Shown here: positions 19,667 through 28,687 of the stretch, in pieces
Layout of the letters: each line of letters opens with the position of its first letter
Position numbering within the stretch: the first letter of the stretch is position 1
Virus record (IMG/VR): IMGVR_UViG_3300020281_001373
Direction: 5' to 3' (one strand)
DNA from: an uncultured virus (IMG/VR IMGVR_UViG_3300020281_001373)
Taxonomy: Duplodnaviria > Heunggongvirae > Uroviricota > Caudoviricetes
DNA length: 64,000 nt
Notes under the pieces: generated by a model
What the model saw: only the letters and a program-made list of their open reading frames with translations
The model's database searches: none
Told to the model about the DNA's origin: nothing
Position numbers and translations under genes: made by a program

Positions 19667-20176
19667 ATGGCTAAATCAGGATATAAGCAGCCCAAGACAC
19701 TGGACGAGGCCATCAAGTCCCTTACCCCGGTAGTCAAGAAGTTCGCCCGTCAGTACACCCGTAACCACTATCACCTCTATGAGGACCTCATGCAGGACGG
19801 TTTTATGGGTATCTGTGAGGCGTGGGATAAGTTTGACCATACCAAGGGTGCAAGCTTTACTACCTACGCCTGGTTCTATATACGTAAGAAGATGCAGACC
19901 ACTGTCGATCCCTTTTGGAAATGGGATAACAAGACCGTACCCGAAGAATGGGCACCCGATAATGGCTACGAGCACGACTTCGATGGCTTTGCGGCTATAC
20001 AGGCCTTTCAGAAGCTTAATGACTACGAGCAGGAACTCATAAGGCTACGTACCGAAGGATACACCTTCTCCGAGATAGCCAAGGAGATCAATAGGTCTAC
20101 TAAGTCACGTAAGTCACTTAACAAGATCAGGTCCGAGATACTCGAGATACAGGACAGGCTAGTCGCCGAGGAATAA
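19667..20176 (+). CDS. RNA polymerase sigma-70 family factor (regions 2 and 4)
   Basis: EDLMQDGFMGICEAWDKFD..KGASFTTYAWFYIR; EGYTFSEIAKE HTH. Confidence 0.85.
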   Translation: MAKSGYKQPKTLDEAIKSLTPVVKKFARQYTRNHYHLYEDLMQDGFMGICEAWDKFDHTKGASFTTYAWFYIRKKMQTTVDPFWKWDNKTVPEEWAPDNGYEHDFDGFAAIQAFQKLNDYEQELIRLRTEGYTFSEIAKEINRSTKSRKSLNKIRSEILEIQDRLVAEE

Positions 20177-20377
20177 TCCCCAAGGGCCTAGGTATTATCT
20201 AGGGAAAAGTGCCGGGCAAGGTCGTCCGTGCGTAGCTCCGTAGGGTTTTTTTTCCTAGAATTTTTTTTTCTCAAGGATTTTTTTACCCGAGTATCATTGT
20301 ATTGGCTATGCTTATCCCTATATAGACATAGAGAGACATGAGCATGATGGCCATATATTTTATCCAGGTATCAGGTG

Positions 20378-21625
20378 TCATGACATAATAGGTGGTAGGG
20401 GTAGGCTGGAGGATTCTCCATCTACCGTAGGTGGTTTATCGGTTAGTATCGGTTTGGCTCCCTCTATATTAGGTGGAGGTGGAGCATTGAGTACTATCTG
20501 TTTAGGTTTCTGTGGTCCATTCGGTCCGAAGTCACTCGGTATAGGTGAGAGGGACGGGGCTCCCTGTGTCACGGCATTTCGTAGAGCAACTCGTTCATTC
20601 ATTTCTCTCTCAAATTGAGCTTGTTGCTGCATGTCCGTAGGATATTGGATATTACCTCCCTGATCTATGAATCCCATCCACGGTACATGTATTCTTACGG
20701 GACCGGCTGGTGTCTCGATATCACATTCTAATATTGTATCTTTACCCTTCGGACCGGCCTTGATCTGTTCGCGTTTCGCCTGTATTCGAAGCTGCAGGAC
20801 ATCTTTCGGATGCATAAGATCGGGGTAGATGATATTCTCCTGACCGGCAAGCTGTCTCTCGATAGCGGCTCGTACATCATCCGGATTATCCTGATAGGCG
20901 GTACCTCGGACCTCGGGAGTTATCTGCTTAATATCGACCAACTCCTTATCCTCATAGATATGTTCCATGAGATTATCCCATGTTATCTGATGAAAGTTAT
21001 CAAAGCCAATCAATCTCGGAGGTGACTTACCATCGAGCGGGTCGACGTGATAGAACTGTGTATCTGGGAACTGTTTAATAATCCACTGATATCTGCGCTG
21101 CCAGTTCCTGAATGTAGGAGCACCGTTCAGAACACCTTCCTTCTTCTTTGCATAGTGTTTCTTACCCTCATAGAGGTTATTCATCAGACCGTTGTTATCG
21201 GGATTATTGATATCCGCCTCGGATCCGATACCAAAGAAGTCATTACCTATGAGAAAGATATGCTTGTGCTCATGTACCTTACAGGCCACATAGGTGGCGG
21301 ATGGACCGGCTGCGAACTTCTCCGGTGTAGGTATCTTCTTTGCACCGGAACCAGGCTTAGGAAACCACGTGTAGAACCAGTTGCTCATGGGCCAATTTGG
21401 TGAGGTCTTCAATATAGTTCTAGTCATCGGTTCATCCGAGGCCACTAGAACATGAGGTGCAAACTCCTCACGATAGAACCAATTACATGCGTAGAGGATA
21501 CCATACTGCTTGAGCTGCATGATATCCTTGCCCTTACGTGTGATACCATTACCGATTATCCACGCGTACTTGCCCTTGGGTAGGGTCTTCTTACCGGTTC
21601 CCTTCATCTTAGGTAGTTTCTGCAT
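20378..21625 (-). CDS. Maf/DUF115-like glycosyltransferase-related protein with Pro-rich C-terminal tail
   Basis: WIIGNGITR, YACN, LVASD, AGPSA, IFLIGNDF. Confidence 0.65.
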   Translation of the reverse strand: MQKLPKMKGTGKKTLPKGKYAWIIGNGITRKGKDIMQLKQYGILYACNWFYREEFAPHVLVASDEPMTRTILKTSPNWPMSNWFYTWFPKPGSGAKKIPTPEKFAAGPSATYVACKVHEHKHIFLIGNDFFGIGSEADINNPDNNGLMNNLYEGKKHYAKKKEGVLNGAPTFRNWQRRYQWIIKQFPDTQFYHVDPLDGKSPPRLIGFDNFHQITWDNLMEHIYEDKELVDIKQITPEVRGTAYQDNPDDVRAAIERQLAGQENIIYPDLMHPKDVLQLRIQAKREQIKAGPKGKDTILECDIETPAGPVRIHVPWMGFIDQGGNIQYPTDMQQQAQFEREMNERVALRNAVTQGAPSLSPIPSDFGPNGPQKPKQIVLNAPPPPNIEGAKPILTDKPPTVDGESSSLPLPPIMS

Positions 21626-22676
21626 CTATCCTCTTTATAAATTTATTTAGACCAGGATCGATATGTAGTAGCCGCTCCTGATTATGTTTACGGTCCTTTA
21701 TAGTATTATACCAAATTTCCTGCCATTGTTCATCACTCATGTGATATAATCTACTAATCTCCTCGTTCAGCATTCTTAATCTCTTGCCAGGGTCACGTTC
21801 GAGATCATACGAGTGGTCAATATACTTGTCAAAGAACTTCCAACCCTTACGTTTCAGATTGGTTATATGATGTTGTTGAGCCCAGTATAATGAGAGATTA
21901 CCTGATCTGAGAGCACGAAATGTCTTCTCACTTGCAAATGTAGAGAGTGGACCACCATTGATTCGTGTTTCTGATACGATCTCCAGTTGAAACTTTGCTC
22001 TTGCCTCATAGCTATCTACGAGTGCACCGTTCTGACCCTCGACAAGGTCCTGACCCTCACTGATGATTCTTTGTTTTACCTTACCCCAGTTATCAAAGTG
22101 TTTCTTTAGCGGTTCATTTATCTCAGGTCTCTCGAGTTCCGTCAGTATATGTGGACATCTGATCTCCATCTCCATATTACTATTTACTAGTCTCTTTAAG
22201 AGTTCGACACGATATGGATAGTGTCTTCTCATCCAGAAGAACATACGTTGTTTTCTATTTACAACCTGTTTGGATCTTTGATCCACGGGTACGGGTGGAT
22301 ATTTAGATATCTGTATGTCTACGAACTTCTTCCAGTATGGTACATATATCCAGTTCTTATCACATGACTGTGTAAGTGGTCCACTATTACAATGCCAGAT
22401 ATACATATTCTCATAGTTCTTAAACTCATGCTTGACATCAAACCACTCCTTAAACATATACTCCATTCCTACATTCAGTATGTATAGAGCCTTATTACCA
22501 TAGGAATCATACATTCTATTCATATAGTCACGTGCCTCGGTGTATCTTTCAAATCCACCAAGGTGTTCAAAGTATATGACCTGTATATTTTCTGCGAGTG
22601 TCTTTAGTTGTGGACTAAATGCTGAATCTGCTCTCAGAGCGGGTACTTCTGTATTGTTTATGTCTAGTGGAAACAT
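21609..22676 (-). CDS. putative glycosyltransferase (GT10/fucosyltransferase-like motif)
   Basis: EIVSET..FASEKTFRAL..IDHSYD. Confidence 0.55.
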   Translation of the reverse strand: MFPLDINNTEVPALRADSAFSPQLKTLAENIQVIYFEHLGGFERYTEARDYMNRMYDSYGNKALYILNVGMEYMFKEWFDVKHEFKNYENMYIWHCNSGPLTQSCDKNWIYVPYWKKFVDIQISKYPPVPVDQRSKQVVNRKQRMFFWMRRHYPYRVELLKRLVNSNMEMEIRCPHILTELERPEINEPLKKHFDNWGKVKQRIISEGQDLVEGQNGALVDSYEARAKFQLEIVSETRINGGPLSTFASEKTFRALRSGNLSLYWAQQHHITNLKRKGWKFFDKYIDHSYDLERDPGKRLRMLNEEISRLYHMSDEQWQEIWYNTIKDRKHNQERLLHIDPGLNKFIKRIDAETT

Positions 22677-23836
22677 TCTGTGGTACCATACTTTATAATC
22701 TTCTTGGTTCGAGGAACATCAATGTCATATTCCTTATCTCCCCAAGGATCGATGAGTATAGAACCATCAGCAACATTATCTATTATGAACTGTGTAGGTC
22801 CTCTACTACAGAGATACACAGCGGGTTCTTCTAGATATTTCTCATAATGAATCTCTTGTTTATTAAACATATCCATTTGTTCCTCTATATCTTCTAACCA
22901 TGCGGCTACGAGAAGAGATGGAGAACCATCGAGTAAATCAGATTCTTTCTTGAATCCATTCTCTAGGAATACAATAGGTAATTCAAATGTAGTCAGAAAG
23001 TCTGACATCTTCTGTGCCTGGAAGTCCCTCGCCTCCATCACGGCTGCAAATAAATCATACTTTAATTTAATATCAGCTGATAATTTTCTAAGGGCTATGT
23101 TGTCTCTAGGGTGACATGGACCACCATCTCCTAGACCTGGTCTCATGTACTTATCACTTGTAATTCTTTTATTAGATTTGGCTAGTGCATTAGCCACTTT
23201 CGAAGCATCCATGTGGCCAATCTCCATGGCCATATCCTGTATCATATTAACAAATGAGATCTTCATTGATATGAATGTATTGTAGAATACCTTTATGCAT
23301 TCGGCTTCTTCATATGTACCAGTTTCCCATCTTACTGGTGCAGTAATTATATTCTGATAGAATGCTATCAGTTCTGCTCTATCTCCTGGCTCACCACCAG
23401 CAATCATCATTTCAGGATTTAAGAAGTCTTCTTTTACGGTACCCATTGCGATAAGATATGGGTTATAAACTAATCTGTAGTTCTTTGGTATGTCCATCAA
23501 ATGTTTTCTAAATGTAGTTGGTAGTACAGTTGATATGACCACAACGAGAGCATCTGGTTCTGCATAGTCATTGAGATCATTTAACACATCTTTTAATGCT
23601 TCATAGTCAAAGTCTACGGGTTCTAGATTGTATGTAGGTTTATCACCACCATAATCATCTTGATGTGGTGTAGGTACCGCAATAAAAATAGTATCAGCAC
23701 CTTCACATACTTCTTTCATATCAGTATTCATCTTTGTATCATGAATATGTACATCATAGTACTCATTCATAACTTCAGCAACTGGACCGCCGAGTTTACC
23801 AGCTCCGATGAATGCTACTTTCTTACCAGCCTCCAT
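22664..23836 (-). CDS. UDP-glucose/GDP-mannose dehydrogenase
   Basis: GAGKLG, AVPTP, VIST, YNPYLIAMG, GDGGPCHPRD. Confidence 0.9.
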   Translation of the reverse strand: MEAGKKVAFIGAGKLGGPVAEVMNEYYDVHIHDTKMNTDMKEVCEGADTIFIAVPTPHQDDYGGDKPTYNLEPVDFDYEALKDVLNDLNDYAEPDALVVVISTVLPTTFRKHLMDIPKNYRLVYNPYLIAMGTVKEDFLNPEMMIAGGEPGDRAELIAFYQNIITAPVRWETGTYEEAECIKVFYNTFISMKISFVNMIQDMAMEIGHMDASKVANALAKSNKRITSDKYMRPGLGDGGPCHPRDNIALRKLSADIKLKYDLFAAVMEARDFQAQKMSDFLTTFELPIVFLENGFKKESDLLDGSPSLLVAAWLEDIEEQMDMFNKQEIHYEKYLEEPAVYLCSRGPTQFIIDNVADGSILIDPWGDKEYDIDVPRTKKIIKYGTTECFH

Positions 23837-23972
23837 CGCCTTTACCTTTCTGTTTTCTCTTAAAGTGAAACTTACCAGATAAACCGGCTAGGACGAATAA
23901 TGTACAACCAACAATAATTGCTGAACATATTAATAACGCTTCAATCATAACGATTACATTCATATCATACAT
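23823..23972 (-). CDS. small membrane protein (49 aa, not in ORF track)
   Basis: one TM helix followed by a basic tail; fills gap in operon. Confidence 0.45.
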   Translation of the reverse strand: MYDMNVIVMIEALLICSAIIVGCTLFVLAGLSGKFHFKRKQKGKGDGGW

Positions 23973-24308
23973 TTACCATTTTTCGTTGTAGATAAATTCT
24001 CCTGTTTCATAGTCCCAGCCATTTGTTAAGTAGAAGTATTTGTTTCCTTTAGCATCTACTCCTAGTTTTTCTTCTGATGGTGGATGTGAGTGAGTCATAG
24101 GGTCATGGTCTTGACCAATATATCTAAAGGCTTTGCTACCTTCTGAATAACCGCCTTGTCCTTCAAGTTTACAAGGTGGTACGTGGTCAAACTCATGTTC
24201 GCATTCACAATTATGTTTTACACTATACTTTCCGATATCTAAATTAGTACCATAGATGTACTCACCATTAGTCATCTTCATGTAAAGCATTTCATGTACT
24301 TGCGCCAT
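23973..24308 (-). CDS. hypothetical protein
   Basis: ORF after late-promoter motif. Confidence 0.55.
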   Translation of the reverse strand: MAQVHEMLYMKMTNGEYIYGTNLDIGKYSVKHNCECEHEFDHVPPCKLEGQGGYSEGSKAFRYIGQDHDPMTHSHPPSEEKLGVDAKGNKYFYLTNGWDYETGEFIYNEKW

Positions 24309-24312
24309 AATA

Positions 24313-24320
24313 TATTTATT
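24313..24320 (-). promoter_or_regulatory. late promoter variant AATAAATA
   Basis: immediately upstream of ATG 24308. Confidence 0.5.
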
Positions 24321-25044
24321 TTACTAAATTGAAATGTCGTTCATAGACATGTAGGTTTTGAACTTGCCATACTATCTGGCCAGGCTTACATTGTATATCT
24401 TGGCATAAACGCGTAAGTACTGTTTTTTGCCATGCAAAATCATTGCGATAGCCGTATATGACATCGTTAGAACGCATTTGAACTACACAGTCAAGTAAGT
24501 CATTACGTTTGTAATATGTGACAGCATTGGTACATATAAAATCTGACTTACCATTTTCATTGTATTCTTTCCATATAGATGGGCGAGTATAGATCATGGC
24601 TGCACGCCTTGAGTCTGGATTGTCAAGCAATTCTTCGACTACATGTTCGTATTGATTGTAGAATAAATCATCGTATATAAGCTTGCCATAATTAGAATTG
24701 ATATTACCCCAAGGATCAGCAGCTAGTAGCCATGCTTGAGGTGGTGAATTGACACCATCTTTATCTTTACCTTCAGGACCATATATATCATATATGCTGG
24801 TTGACATAGAATCATACCAATCAATTTCATAGTCAATGTATTCTTTATTAGGAATACCAAAGATCGCTGGTTCGTCAGCTATAAAAGAAGCACCAATTAA
24901 TTCTATAGTCTTAGAACCAGATCGATCCTTGGTAAACTTTTCTTGATTCAGTTCACTAATAAAGTGAGATCTGATATCAGAAACTTTTGGATGTAGTTTA
25001 GTCTTCGTTGAAGATTTTTTCGAGAATTCCAGTATTTGTCCCAT
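24316..25044 (-). CDS. gp42: dCMP hydroxymethylase (T4 gp42-like)
   Basis: NSNYG, NPDSRR..IYTRPS, DFICTN, MRSNDVIYGYRND, LHVYERHF match T4 gp42. Confidence 0.9.
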   Translation of the reverse strand: MGQILEFSKKSSTKTKLHPKVSDIRSHFISELNQEKFTKDRSGSKTIELIGASFIADEPAIFGIPNKEYIDYEIDWYDSMSTSIYDIYGPEGKDKDGVNSPPQAWLLAADPWGNINSNYGKLIYDDLFYNQYEHVVEELLDNPDSRRAAMIYTRPSIWKEYNENGKSDFICTNAVTYYKRNDLLDCVVQMRSNDVIYGYRNDFAWQKTVLTRLCQDIQCKPGQIVWQVQNLHVYERHFNLVK

Positions 25045-25423
25045 GGTTTGGTGCCTCCCAGTCTTTAGGTTTAGTCAAATCAGGTAGTCCGTATGGATTA
25101 GGTCTACCTTCCTTCAAGCCAATTGTTTTATTTAGATTAGCTTTTAATACTTCTTGCCACGCTTTATTACCATCAACCTTCATAAGATCAAGGGTACCAG
25201 CTGCGAATACAATGAGATCAATAAGACCATCAACTATTTCTTCAGGGTCTTGATTATCAAGTGCATTCTTAGTTTCATCAAGTTCTTCTTGACAACATTC
25301 AAGTCTGAATGCTAGGAACTTACCTAACATATCTTTATCCATTCTGTTTACTACTACAGGTACCATGTATTTCATATGCATACCTGCCATGTCTTTAAAT
25401 ATATCACTCATATCTTGCTCCAT
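24998..25423 (-). CDS. MazG-like NTP pyrophosphohydrolase (candidate dCTPase)
   Basis: QEELDE, EIVDGLIDL, ANLNK, DLTKPKDW. Confidence 0.8.
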   Translation of the reverse strand: MEQDMSDIFKDMAGMHMKYMVPVVVNRMDKDMLGKFLAFRLECCQEELDETKNALDNQDPEEIVDGLIDLIVFAAGTLDLMKVDGNKAWQEVLKANLNKTIGLKEGRPNPYGLPDLTKPKDWEAPNHGTNTGILEKIFNED

Positions 25424-25718
25424 TAAATATTGCTGAGAATATTAGAGGTTCTATATCTGTATTATACACTTTATGGAATTTATTTGCTGGTACTGGAATA
25501 GTGTCACCAGGTTTAACTGCAAATGTTTCATCTTCTATTTGCATAAGACCTGTACCTTTTGTAAATACATATACTTCCTCTTGTTGTGGGTCACTATGTG
25601 TATGACCATTGGTTTCTTTTCCTGGTTGTAGTACAGTAATTGAAGGAACTAATATATTTAGTTCATCATTATCTAGTACGGCATAACGCTCGTCTTTCTT
25701 AGCTATTTTCCAAGTCAT
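25404..25718 (-). CDS. cupin-domain protein
   Basis: GHTH..EEVYVF..G..VPANKFHKV. Confidence 0.85.
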   Translation of the reverse strand: MTWKIAKKDERYAVLDNDELNILVPSITVLQPGKETNGHTHSDPQQEEVYVFTKGTGLMQIEDETFAVKPGDTIPVPANKFHKVYNTDIEPLIFSAIFNGARYE

Positions 25719-25974
25719 GATTATGTAATGCTATAAGAGCGTAATGTAATATCTTCATGATGTCTGCTCTATTATATCCTTCTTTTTTACCATATCTTTG
25801 TGCATACTTTAGGACATTACCCAGAGCAAACCCCATACCATGGCCACAATCAATAATAAACTCAGTAGACTGAAATTTATTTTTGCTATAGTGTCCATCG
25901 TAAGTTTTATCAATATAATTTTGTAAATCATCTATAAGATTCTTTTCATTAAATTTGTAATTAATCTTGGCCAT
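25699..25974 (-). CDS. DUF3310-like protein
   Basis: HY..GFALGNVLKYAQRYGKK..DIMKILHY. Confidence 0.75.
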   Translation of the reverse strand: MAKINYKFNEKNLIDDLQNYIDKTYDGHYSKNKFQSTEFIIDCGHGMGFALGNVLKYAQRYGKKEGYNRADIMKILHYALIALHNHDLENS

Positions 25975-26248
25975 CCATCTTACCTCGTAAATAAGATACG
26001 GCAAAAGAACAATAATTAATCATGTCTTTATAGGTATCTTCAAGTGATTCGAACTTTACATCACCATCGGCTTCAAGTAAAGATTGGGCACGTAATAGTT
26101 TTTGATGTATCATATCATGAATAGTATCAACACCACGTCTGTAATGCATGGCCTGTTTGATATTTGATTTTGGATTCTGATAATCTTTTGACTTAGCTAA
26201 TTGTAAGTCAATACATTCTTCAAGTACTTTTACGGATTCTTTTTTCAT
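25961..26248 (-). CDS. nucleotide-modification-associated (DUF1599-like) protein
   Basis: AKSKDY..K..R..ESLEDTYKDMINY. Confidence 0.7.
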   Translation of the reverse strand: MKKESVKVLEECIDLQLAKSKDYQNPKSNIKQAMHYRRGVDTIHDMIHQKLLRAQSLLEADGDVKFESLEDTYKDMINYCSFAVSYLRGKMDGQD

Positions 26249-26708
26249 GGTGCTTTTTGTGTATTGTTAATAATCTATTAATATTATACTTCTTAAGTTG
26301 TATTTTTTTCTGTACCAGATGTTGTAGCCATTTCTTTTTACTTGTAAACTTATCACCAAAGAATAGCTTTAAGAGTGTATCATCTGTAATACCTTTTCTT
26401 TCGAATAATCTATCTATGTCAAACATAGTTGGTAGTACCTCATCAGCAGTCTCACGTTTGTATGTTTCATATTGTTGAGGATGATAGTCTTTTATATATG
26501 TTATAAAGTTTGCACTATAACCGCAGTTGAAGCAATGACATACAAGACCTTGTTTCTTAGCATCTACCCAGAACCTTGCTTTACGAGGATTAGTAGCACT
26601 ATCACCACATACCTGACATGACCAATTCCAAGAGTACTGACTCTTCTTCCTGAAGTTTCTAACTTCGTAGGTTAAAGAGTCAGCAATTGTAATTAGATTA
26701 TGAAGCAC
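26220..26708 (-). CDS. stand-alone gp61 primase-type zinc-finger protein
   Basis: NWSCQVCGDS..KARFW..CHCFNCG; no TOPRIM domain. Confidence 0.7.
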   Translation of the reverse strand: MLHNLITIADSLTYEVRNFRKKSQYSWNWSCQVCGDSATNPRKARFWVDAKKQGLVCHCFNCGYSANFITYIKDYHPQQYETYKRETADEVLPTMFDIDRLFERKGITDDTLLKLFFGDKFTSKKKWLQHLVQKKIQLKKYNINRLLTIHKKHHEKRIRKST

Positions 26709-27183
26709 TAAGACCTTCCGTTAGGTGATGACCAAATTCTTTTTCAGCATCCCAAACGGTCATGCCTTTTTCGCCTTCACCAATGTTGATAGCAGTTTCC
26801 TCATATTCATCGAACTTGAATTGTTCTAACTCGCCTTGAGTATGAGTCCATCCAACTTCATCATTAAGTTTATCGACTATTGCATCAAGGTATTTAGCCG
26901 CCATAGAGTTACGATTTTCTCTGTAGTAAGAGTAGCTAAGAGTTTCGAGTTCAGTGATTTTTTCTTTCATCACTTCTCTAACTCTATCTCTTTCATAGTC
27001 TCCAATAACTCGTAGGTAATCATTACTACCTTTTTCGGCTACTGATAAGACTAGCTCATCATCACTAGACCAGGCTTCGTAAAGAACATATTCTTTGCCG
27101 TCTCTGACTCCTTGAACTCTGATTAATTTATCGTCATCTAAGAATGCATCTTCGATGACCGCTTGTAGATTTTTGAATAACAT
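26698..27183 (-). CDS. hypothetical protein (start corrected to 27183)
   Basis: GGAGG RBS before MLFKNLQ. Confidence 0.6.
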   Translation of the reverse strand: MLFKNLQAVIEDAFLDDDKLIRVQGVRDGKEYVLYEAWSSDDELVLSVAEKGSNDYLRVIGDYERDRVREVMKEKITELETLSYSYYRENRNSMAAKYLDAIVDKLNDEVGWTHTQGELEQFKFDEYEETAINIGEGEKGMTVWDAEKEFGHHLTEGLSAS

Positions 27184-27208
27184 ATTTGGTGCCTCCGTTA
27201 TAATATAG

Positions 27209-27388
27209 TTATACTGATTGTTCCATTCTTTTTTCGAGCATGTCTTCCATGATGACATCATTCCAATTTTCTCGATAAGCGGCTTGTAAGCCATTCTTAA
27301 AGAGATACATGTGTTTTTCATGGGCAGACATATCTGCGACTTTATCGATAATTTCATCCATTATCATGTCATTTACTGGGTGTGACAT
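27209..27388 (-). CDS. small early protein (59 aa, not in ORF track)
   Basis: MSHPVNDMIMDEIIDKV..; TAATG coupling. Confidence 0.55.
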   Translation of the reverse strand: MSHPVNDMIMDEIIDKVADMSAHEKHMYLFKNGLQAAYRENWNDVIMEDMLEKRMEQSV

Positions 27389-27588
27389 TATAACACCTCC
27401 GCAATTATAGTTTTTGCGAAATCCTCAATAGCCATGTGGTTTTCCCATTTTTGAAAACCTTTAACTATACAATAATCTCTAGGATCATTTTCCGGACCAT
27501 CCAAAGTACCAAGTACTTTCACAGTTTTTTCAACTGCACCTTTGCCAGGCTCCCAGCCTTTGCATATAAATGTTTTACCATCTAACAT
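27388..27588 (-). CDS. early hypothetical protein
   Basis: GGAGG RBS, MLDGKTF. Confidence 0.55.
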   Translation of the reverse strand: MLDGKTFICKGWEPGKGAVEKTVKVLGTLDGPENDPRDYCIVKGFQKWENHMAIEDFAKTIIAEVL

Positions 27589-27932
27589 TACGACACCTCC
27601 TTCATGTCTTGAGCTGAGAAAACATTTTCCCAAAACTCATCTGTTTCTTTTTCTTTCTTTTCACAAGTTCTGACTACCTGTCTCCAAGTAATAAGACCAG
27701 CTTCGTAGAAGTCTAATAACATATCACCAAAAGGTTCTCTGTCATTTGATTTCCATAATACTAAATCACCATCTGTGTAGAAGTCATTTTCATATTTTTC
27801 AACCGCATTATCAGTAGTTGAAAAACAAAAGTCAAAAAACTCAGATTGTCTTTTGTACTCTCTACCAGCAATTACAACTGATTGAGTTTCTAATTGCTCT
27901 TTTGTTTTTGGATATTTACATTTACCATTCAT
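27588..27932 (-). CDS. early hypothetical protein
   Basis: first gene after early promoter copy 3. Confidence 0.6.
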   Translation of the reverse strand: MNGKCKYPKTKEQLETQSVVIAGREYKRQSEFFDFCFSTTDNAVEKYENDFYTDGDLVLWKSNDREPFGDMLLDFYEAGLITWRQVVRTCEKKEKETDEFWENVFSAQDMKEVS

Positions 27933-27965
27933 TATTTAGTGCTCCTTTATTAATTTATAGGTATT

Positions 27966-27994
27966 ATTCTATACAGTTCCTCGTGAATGTAAAC
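27966..27994 (-). promoter_or_regulatory. early promoter copy 3
   Basis: GTTTAC-17 nt-TAGAAT (T4 early -35 consensus). Confidence 0.85.
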
Positions 27995-28036
27995 ACGTCA
28001 ATGCATCTATATCTAAGCATATAACTTCTAGGAATA

Positions 28037-28669
28037 TTAAAGTTTTGATCTCATAGCAGCCATTTTTTCTCTAGCTGCATGCCATCTTTCAAATGTATAA
28101 GGTGTGGGATGCTTACCTACTTTCAATCCAAGTTTCTTGAATTCTTTCTTTAGTATGTCATGACATTCTCTACCCATAAAGGCTGATACTAATTTTAAGA
28201 GTACATTTCTAAACTCACGACCATGATGCATCTGACCCGCAGCATGTGATAGTTCATGTAGTAGTACATATAAGTTGTAGCCATTCACTTTATCAAGTGT
28301 AATCTCATAGATGTATGACCATCCATGACAACCACGTCCTTGGTAATTGGCTTTATCTCGTATCTTAACTTTATGACCACCTTTAGCATCTACCTTTTTA
28401 AATGCTGCAGACTTACAGATTTGATTTGCTCGCTTCTGTATTTCTTCTAAAGTCTTGTAGGTTTTTTGTTTTGATTTAAAGGCATCAGTTTTGTATAAGG
28501 CTCTTTCTGCTTTATATACTTTGCCTGCTTCTGTATCTCGTTTGTTCTCCATTCGAGACATGCTATGTTTTTTCTTGTGCTGATTTAGATATCTAATGTA
28601 TGCTCTTTGCTCGCCAACCATGATATCTTCACGCTGATTGACTGCTTCCTTAAATGGAATGTAGTCCAT
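28037..28669 (-). CDS. zinc metallohydrolase (SprT-like HExxH)
   Basis: LLHELSH..HGREF. Confidence 0.7.
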   Translation of the reverse strand: MDYIPFKEAVNQREDIMVGEQRAYIRYLNQHKKKHSMSRMENKRDTEAGKVYKAERALYKTDAFKSKQKTYKTLEEIQKRANQICKSAAFKKVDAKGGHKVKIRDKANYQGRGCHGWSYIYEITLDKVNGYNLYVLLHELSHAAGQMHHGREFRNVLLKLVSAFMGRECHDILKKEFKKLGLKVGKHPTPYTFERWHAAREKMAAMRSKL

Positions 28670-28687
28670 ATTTTCTCCTTGCTATAT

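Noticed and set aside
17700..22400. Simple recently acquired high-GC island
   Set aside because: The shift looks gradual, crosses gene boundaries and includes a native-type early promoter; not formally excluded without computation.
24316..25044. Ordinary thymidylate synthase
   Set aside because: Motifs match T4 gp42 (IYTRPS, DFxCTN, GYRND) rather than ThyA (PCH, Asn specificity residue).
26698..27357. 219-aa ORF as given in the track
   Set aside because: The N-terminal extension overlaps a better 59-aa gene in another frame; the RBS supports a start at 27183.
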